Assembly: GCA_965230905.1 (NCBI GenBank)
Contig: OZ246396.1
Coordinates: 90,001-122,000 of the forward strand
Origin: Candidatus Saccharimonadota bacterium
GTDB taxonomy: Bacteria > Patescibacteriota > Gracilibacteria > UBA1369 > 2-02-FULL-48-14
DNA length: 32,000 bases
Direction: 5' to 3'
The position numbers and the translations under genes are program-made. The notes below the pieces were generated by a model, which was not told the origin of the DNA, did not search any database, and saw only the letters and a program-made list of their open reading frames with translations. Positions 24,759-29,684 of the stretch are shown here, in pieces (within the stretch, counting starts at the first letter, position 1; the number at the start of each line of letters is the position of its first letter).

Positions 24759-27161
24759 ATGCAGTCTTATAATGCCCCTGAAGTAGAAAAGAAATGGCAG
24801 CAGAAATGGAAAGAAAGCGGCCTACATAAGGCCAACTTGGAGAATCCAGAAAAACCGAAGTACTACAATTTGACGATGTTCCCCTACCCGAGTGGCGATA
24901 AGCTGCACATTGGGCACTGGTACAATTACGGGCCCGTGGACACCTGGGGTCGCTACATGAAAATGAAGGGGTTCGAGGTTTTCCAACCAATGGGATTCGA
25001 TTCTTTTGGGCTGCCTGCGGAGAATTATGCCATCAAGACGGGCGTGCATCCGGCAGAAACCACGCGTACGAATATTGATAAAATGAAGGAGCAGATTGCA
25101 GCGATTGGAGGGATGTACGATTTGGATCTCAACCTGGAAACGAGTTCGCCAGAGTATTATAAATGGACGCAGTGGGTCTTTTTGCAGCTCTATAAACAGG
25201 GCTTGGCGTACCGAAAGGAAGCGCCGGTGAACTGGTGCCCCAGCTGTATGACCGTGCTCGCGAACGAACAGGTGAATGACGGGATTTGTGAACGCTGCAA
25301 AACGCAGGTGGTGCAGAAGAATTTGCGCCAGTGGTTTTTTAAGATCACGGCTTACGCGGACAAACTTTTGGATTACACGGGGCTCGACTGGCCGGAAAAG
25401 ACCATTTTGATGCAAAAACATTGGATTGGACGCAGCGAGGGGAACGAGGCGGACTTTAGAATTGCGGAAGCGGCTGGAAAAACCGTGCGCATTTTCACGA
25501 CTCGTTTTGATACCATTTATGGAACGAATTTTGTGGCGGTGGCGCCGGAGCATCCAAATTTAATGGACTACGTAACGGAGGGCCAGCGCAGCGCGGTGGA
25601 AAAATATGTGCAAGACAGCAAAAAGAAAAACGAGCTCGAACGGCAAATGGGTGACCGAGAAAAAACGGGCGTGTTTACCGGAATGCACGCCATCAACCCG
25701 ATGACCGGTTCCGAGATGCCGATTTATGTGGCGGACTTTGTGCTGATGTATGGAACGGGCGCTTTAATGGGCACGCCGGCGCACGACGCACGGGACTTTT
25801 TGTTTGCAAAAACTATGGGCCTTGAGTGCCCACAAGTGCTGGTTACGGCCGCGGGCGAAGTGGCGGAAGACAATGTGAAAGAGTGGAAAGAATCGCTGCA
25901 CGAATATGGGATTTTGGTAAACAGCGGACCTTATACGGACATGCGAACGGAGGAAGCGCTCAAGCTCATGACCGAGCAGATGGAACGCGAGGGTTGGGGC
26001 AAGCAGGTGGTCAATTTCCGCCTGCGCGACTGGCTGATTTCACGTCAGCGTTACTGGGGCGCGCCGATTCCGATTATCAATTGTGAAAAGTGTGGAGAGG
26101 TGGCGGTGCCCGATAGCGATTTGCCCGTGGTGCATCCGCATGTGGAGGATTACGTGCCGAAGGGGACTTCCCCACTCGCGACGGTGGAAGAATTTGTGAA
26201 CGTGAAATGCCCTACGTGTGGCGGCGATGCGAAACGTGAAGTCGACACCATGGATACTTTTGTGTGCAGCAGCTGGTACTTTTTACGTTATCCCGATGCC
26301 GGGAATTCTGAGCAGGCGTGGCGAAAAGAACGAGTGAACACATGGATGCCGGTGGATATGTACATTGGTGGGCCGGAGCATGCGTGCATGCATCTTTTGT
26401 ACGCGCGTTTCATCCACCAAGTTATGCACGATTTGGGTCACGTGGAAGCCAAGGAACCGTTCAAGCGTTTGGTGCATCAAGGAATGGTGACCAAAGACGG
26501 TGCGAAGATGAGCAAATCCAAAGGAAATGTGGTGAGCCCGGATGAGTTTGTGAGCAAATATGGAAGCGATGTTTTCCGCATGTACCTGATGTTCATGGGG
26601 CCATTCACGGATGGCGGGGATTGGAATGATCGCGGCATTACGGGTGTGGCGCGTTTTGTGGACAGGTTTTATAGAATGATGCAAGAAGATGGCACGGGAG
26701 AAGCGATGGACGGCGTGGTGCATCAGACGGTGGCACGCGCGAGCGAAGCGGTGAAGAGCATGACTTTTAATGTAGCGATTGCGTCGTTGATGGAACTCAC
26801 GAATGCGGCATTGAAGGGAGGCTTGAATAAAGCGCAAAAAGAAATTGTGACGAAAGTTCTGGCGCCGCTCGCGCCGCATTTGGCGGAAGAAGTGTGGGCA
26901 GAATTGGGACACAGCGAAAGCATCTTTAAAGAAAGCTGGCCGGAGGCGGAGGCGAAGTTTTTGGTGAAAACCAGCGTGACTTTTGCGGTGCAGGTAAACG
27001 GAAAACTCCGCGGCACCGTGGACTTGGCTCCCGATGTGAGCAAGGAAGATGCGCTCGCTGCCGCTCGCGCCTCAGAAAACGTCGCCAAATATCTCACTGG
27101 CGAAGTGGTGAAGGAAATTTTTGTGCCGGGGAAGATTATTGGCTTCGTAGTGAAGGGCTAA
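24759..27161 (+). CDS. leuS: leucine--tRNA ligase
   Basis: Class I HIGH motif (SGDKLHIGHWYNY) and KMSKS motif (GAKMSKSKGN), with CP1 editing and Zn-binding CxxC segments. Start set at ATG 24759, because TACAAT (24732-24737) abuts the TTG at 24738. Confidence 0.97.
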   Translation: MQSYNAPEVEKKWQQKWKESGLHKANLENPEKPKYYNLTMFPYPSGDKLHIGHWYNYGPVDTWGRYMKMKGFEVFQPMGFDSFGLPAENYAIKTGVHPAETTRTNIDKMKEQIAAIGGMYDLDLNLETSSPEYYKWTQWVFLQLYKQGLAYRKEAPVNWCPSCMTVLANEQVNDGICERCKTQVVQKNLRQWFFKITAYADKLLDYTGLDWPEKTILMQKHWIGRSEGNEADFRIAEAAGKTVRIFTTRFDTIYGTNFVAVAPEHPNLMDYVTEGQRSAVEKYVQDSKKKNELERQMGDREKTGVFTGMHAINPMTGSEMPIYVADFVLMYGTGALMGTPAHDARDFLFAKTMGLECPQVLVTAAGEVAEDNVKEWKESLHEYGILVNSGPYTDMRTEEALKLMTEQMEREGWGKQVVNFRLRDWLISRQRYWGAPIPIINCEKCGEVAVPDSDLPVVHPHVEDYVPKGTSPLATVEEFVNVKCPTCGGDAKREVDTMDTFVCSSWYFLRYPDAGNSEQAWRKERVNTWMPVDMYIGGPEHACMHLLYARFIHQVMHDLGHVEAKEPFKRLVHQGMVTKDGAKMSKSKGNVVSPDEFVSKYGSDVFRMYLMFMGPFTDGGDWNDRGITGVARFVDRFYRMMQEDGTGEAMDGVVHQTVARASEAVKSMTFNVAIASLMELTNAALKGGLNKAQKEIVTKVLAPLAPHLAEEVWAELGHSESIFKESWPEAEAKFLVKTSVTFAVQVNGKLRGTVDLAPDVSKEDALAAARASENVAKYLTGEVVKEIFVPGKIIGFVVKG

Positions 27162-27305
27162 CTTAGATTCTCTTCCCCTGTTTCATTCTATGGGTGGATT
27201 TCTTCAACGGGAGCGAAAGAACTCGGATACGTGATCCTCGTCCTTTCTTCCTTATAGTTTATGTTTCAAAAATCCACCCATAGAACCACGGAAAGAGAAT
27301 CTAAG
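27162..27305. repeat. nested inverted repeats forming a ~144-nt two-tier stem structure
   Basis: Outer arms CTTAGATTCTCTTCC (27162-27176) and GGAAAGAGAATCTAAG (27290-27305) pair over 15 bp with one bulge. Inner arms CTATGGGTGGATTT (27188-27201) and AAATCCACCCATAG (27270-27283) pair perfectly over 14 bp. The two tiers enclose 68 nt. Confidence 0.75.
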
Positions 27306-27395
27306 CCTCTAAACAGCTGGAGACTGCTTGGAGAGATCAGCATAAAGGCTCCCGCTGAATCGACCCAAGACAGGCTTCAAAAGCTGTTTAGAGGC
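27305..27395. repeat. second long hairpin: perfect 14-bp inverted repeat around a 63-nt loop
   Basis: GCCTCTAAACAGCT (27305-27318) pairs with AGCTGTTTAGAGGC (27382-27395). The right arm ends 1 nt from the stop codon of the minus-strand pilin-like gene. Confidence 0.75.
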
Positions 27396-27396
27396 T

Positions 27397-27900
27397 TTAC
27401 TGCTCCACTTCTGGGAATCCTCCGTACATATTCAGGCTGATTTCTTTGCTGTAAGTGGCGGTGCTGTCCACCAAAGTGAAGGAGATTTCGGTGGCGAGGC
27501 TGTCGCAATCGGGCGTGTCGAAACAAATGTCACCGTTGGGCGGGAAGTAGTAGACTTCCTCGGAGCCAGTGATGGAAAAGTTGCTGTCCAAAGTCACCGT
27601 TTCTAAAATGGAACTGGTGCTGGAATTGTAAGCCAATAAAGTTATTCCGGTGCTGCTTACGGTGAGCAAGTAATATTCGGCCGGGCTTGTATCTGCGATG
27701 AGGAAATTCGTGAGCGAATACGTGCGGGCCTGCTCCAGCACATGCACAATTTGAATCACTTGGTCGTCGAAGTTCGCCTTCAATTGGCTTTTCCCAAAAT
27801 TCACCACCACCGCAACGGACAAAATAGCGACGATCACAACGCAGATGCAAAGTTCAATTAGAGTGAAAGCTGGTTTTCGGCCTGGCAGAAAACTTTTCAT
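27397..27900 (-). CDS. prepilin-type N-terminal cleavage/methylation domain protein (minor pilin/pseudopilin-like)
   Basis: Class III signal MKSFLPGRKPA|FTLIELCICVVIVAILSVAVV, with Glu at +5. A C-terminal Cys pair (CFDTPDC) is typical of a pilin D-region. Confidence 0.8.
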   Translation of the reverse strand: MKSFLPGRKPAFTLIELCICVVIVAILSVAVVVNFGKSQLKANFDDQVIQIVHVLEQARTYSLTNFLIADTSPAEYYLLTVSSTGITLLAYNSSTSSILETVTLDSNFSITGSEEVYYFPPNGDICFDTPDCDSLATEISFTLVDSTATYSKEISLNMYGGFPEVEQ

Positions 27901-27928
27901 GCGTTCACTTTAGCATTATGATGCAAGC

Positions 27929-28558
27929 ATGCGCCACGCCAAACCCGCAGAATCTCTTATTGAAACGATGATCGCCATCACGGTGATTGTCTTGGCAACC
28001 ACGGCGGCTATGTCCGTGCTGCGAACGTCCACGGACGGGAATGAAATCATTGGGAAAAAAGTGGTGGCCATGAATTTGGCGCTGGAGGGTTTTGAGGCAC
28101 TGCGAAACCTGCGCGACACGAATTATTTGTTATTTTCAAGTGACCCGGACGAGTGCTGGAATGCCTTGGATGTGGCTGACGTAGCCGACTGCCCCACCGC
28201 TACGAAGATCGCAGATGGAGAAACTTATTTTTTGACACGGGATTTTGAGGGCACGGCAAATCCTTATTTTGAATGGTATTTGGTGCCCAAAACACTTCCC
28301 ACTCAAGGCTATTTAAGCTTGTTCTCAGTGGACACTGATGGAGACGCCGGCTGGGAATCACAGATGTATGCCTACAGCTCACTCACGGGCGTTGCCGACA
28401 TGAGCGCCATCGCCGCCAACCAGCGCCTATTCCAACGCACCATCACCATAGACTACCCTTCTACTGAATATTACAACGCCACTATTGTAGTTAGCTGGTA
28501 CGACAACTCTGTTTTACGAACGCTTTCCCTAACCCGCAGCATCGGCCATGTTTACTAA
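27929..28558 (+). CDS. PilV/GspI-like minor pilin candidate with a degenerate prepilin motif
   Basis: MRHAKPA|ESLIETMIAITVIVLATTAAMSVL has a short basic leader, a hydrophobic helix and Glu at +5, but Glu rather than Phe at +1. It has a Cys pair (CWNALDVADVADC). Confidence 0.6.
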   Translation: MRHAKPAESLIETMIAITVIVLATTAAMSVLRTSTDGNEIIGKKVVAMNLALEGFEALRNLRDTNYLLFSSDPDECWNALDVADVADCPTATKIADGETYFLTRDFEGTANPYFEWYLVPKTLPTQGYLSLFSVDTDGDAGWESQMYAYSSLTGVADMSAIAANQRLFQRTITIDYPSTEYYNATIVVSWYDNSVLRTLSLTRSIGHVY

Positions 28559-29552
28559 ACGTCGCGCTTTCAGTTTGGTGGAATTGCTCATAACGCTCAC
28601 GATTTTTTCAATGGTTTCCGTGGTGTGCGTGCAACTTCTGGTGAACAGCATGGCGTCCGCACGGCGCATTCAGGCGCAGGTTTTTTTGTACTCGGAAGCC
28701 AACGCACTCATGGACCAACTGGCGCGCGAAGTGGAACGGAGCGCCATTGATTACGAAGCCTATTATTTACGCTATGCTTACGAGACACCGGAAACTGGTT
28801 GGGAAACCACGGACTATGGTTTTTATGGACAAAGTTTTTATCACCCCGGGAACGATGGACTGGAAGGAGGACCCTATGGAAGCAGCGTTGGGGATGTGTA
28901 CGGAGCCGAGTGTGCCGATGGAACGGCCTACCCCGACAATTGTCCGGACGAAACGCCCGACTACGATGATTTGGATTTGGACACCGGCGCGCATCCTTTC
29001 ACCGAAATATATGACTTCGGCTACTCCGATGATGACCCCGATACCATGAACGCTTTTTGCGAAACCACCAGCAGCGTGGACTGCAATGCGTGGTCCGAAA
29101 CGGTGATGCAGGAACTGATTTTGATAAATGGGGCCGGCGACGAACGTACGGTTTTCATTCAAGAACCGCTGGCCGGAAGCAGCAGCGAGTACAGCATTTC
29201 TAAGATGGAACTCAGCGGAACGGATGGCGATTACGATGGCATCGTGGATTCGTGGACTTGTAGCGACCACTACGTCTGCCCCAGTGGAGACGTACCGATG
29301 GAAGACGATTTTGAGCCCATCACGCCCAGCGCGCTGACCATCGACTCTTTCTATATATACATCGCTCCTTTTGAAGATCCCTACCGCGCCTTTGCTGAAG
29401 CGGACGTGCAAATCCAACCCCAAGTTACCATTGTGTTCAAAGCCACTTTGAGCGACGAATACAGCAACCGCCTGCTGGGAACGGTTCCCACCATTACTAT
29501 TCAACGCACCGTTTCGACTGGTGTTTACTCCGAAATTCCTTCTTATGAATAA
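28548..29552 (+). CDS. PilW-like minor pilin candidate
   Basis: MFTKRRA|FSLVELLITLTIFSMVSVV prepilin motif. Very acidic globular part with three Cys pairs. Overlaps the upstream gene by 11 nt. Confidence 0.7.
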   Translation: MFTKRRAFSLVELLITLTIFSMVSVVCVQLLVNSMASARRIQAQVFLYSEANALMDQLAREVERSAIDYEAYYLRYAYETPETGWETTDYGFYGQSFYHPGNDGLEGGPYGSSVGDVYGAECADGTAYPDNCPDETPDYDDLDLDTGAHPFTEIYDFGYSDDDPDTMNAFCETTSSVDCNAWSETVMQELILINGAGDERTVFIQEPLAGSSSEYSISKMELSGTDGDYDGIVDSWTCSDHYVCPSGDVPMEDDFEPITPSALTIDSFYIYIAPFEDPYRAFAEADVQIQPQVTIVFKATLSDEYSNRLLGTVPTITIQRTVSTGVYSEIPSYE

Positions 29553-29586
29553 GGATGTGGCTAAGCCACCTTACTGCTTAGCATCC
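29553..29586 (+). terminator. interrupted 11-bp hairpin immediately after the PilW-like stop (possible terminator or RNA stability element; no T-run)
   Basis: GGAT-gtg-GCTAAGC / loop caccttact / GCTTAGC-ATCC. A second 8-bp hairpin, TTACTGTC...GACAGTAA, lies at 29600-29628. Confidence 0.3.
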
Positions 29587-29632
29587 GCTTCGCTACTGCT
29601 TACTGTCATCCAACGCTGACGACAGTAAATGC

Positions 29633-29661
29633 TAGACAAAAAGACTGCGCTTAGGGATAGT
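29633..29661 (+). promoter_or_regulatory. candidate promoter TAGACA-17 nt-GATAGT upstream of the TcB-like ORF
   Basis: Hexamers at 29633-29638 and 29656-29661. The ATG is 23 nt downstream, the same spacing class as rpmG, xth, leuS and rpsO. Confidence 0.3.
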
Positions 29662-29684
29662 TTGTTCATTTCTCACAAACCCAC

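Noticed and set aside
24822-26912. 243-aa and 209-aa minus-strand ORFs inside leuS
   Set aside because: These are antisense shadows of leuS. Their His/Arg-rich nonsense composition is typical of such frames.
27261-27440. 59-codon + strand ORF inside the structured leuS-pilin spacer
   Set aside because: It is below the track threshold, runs antisense into the pilin gene's 3' end, has no correctly spaced -10 box, and has no recognisable sequence features. The inverted repeats explain the region better.
28767-29504. 245-aa minus-strand ORF opposite the PilW-like gene
   Set aside because: The + strand frame carries a clear prepilin motif and paired cysteines. The antisense frame has no signal or motif.
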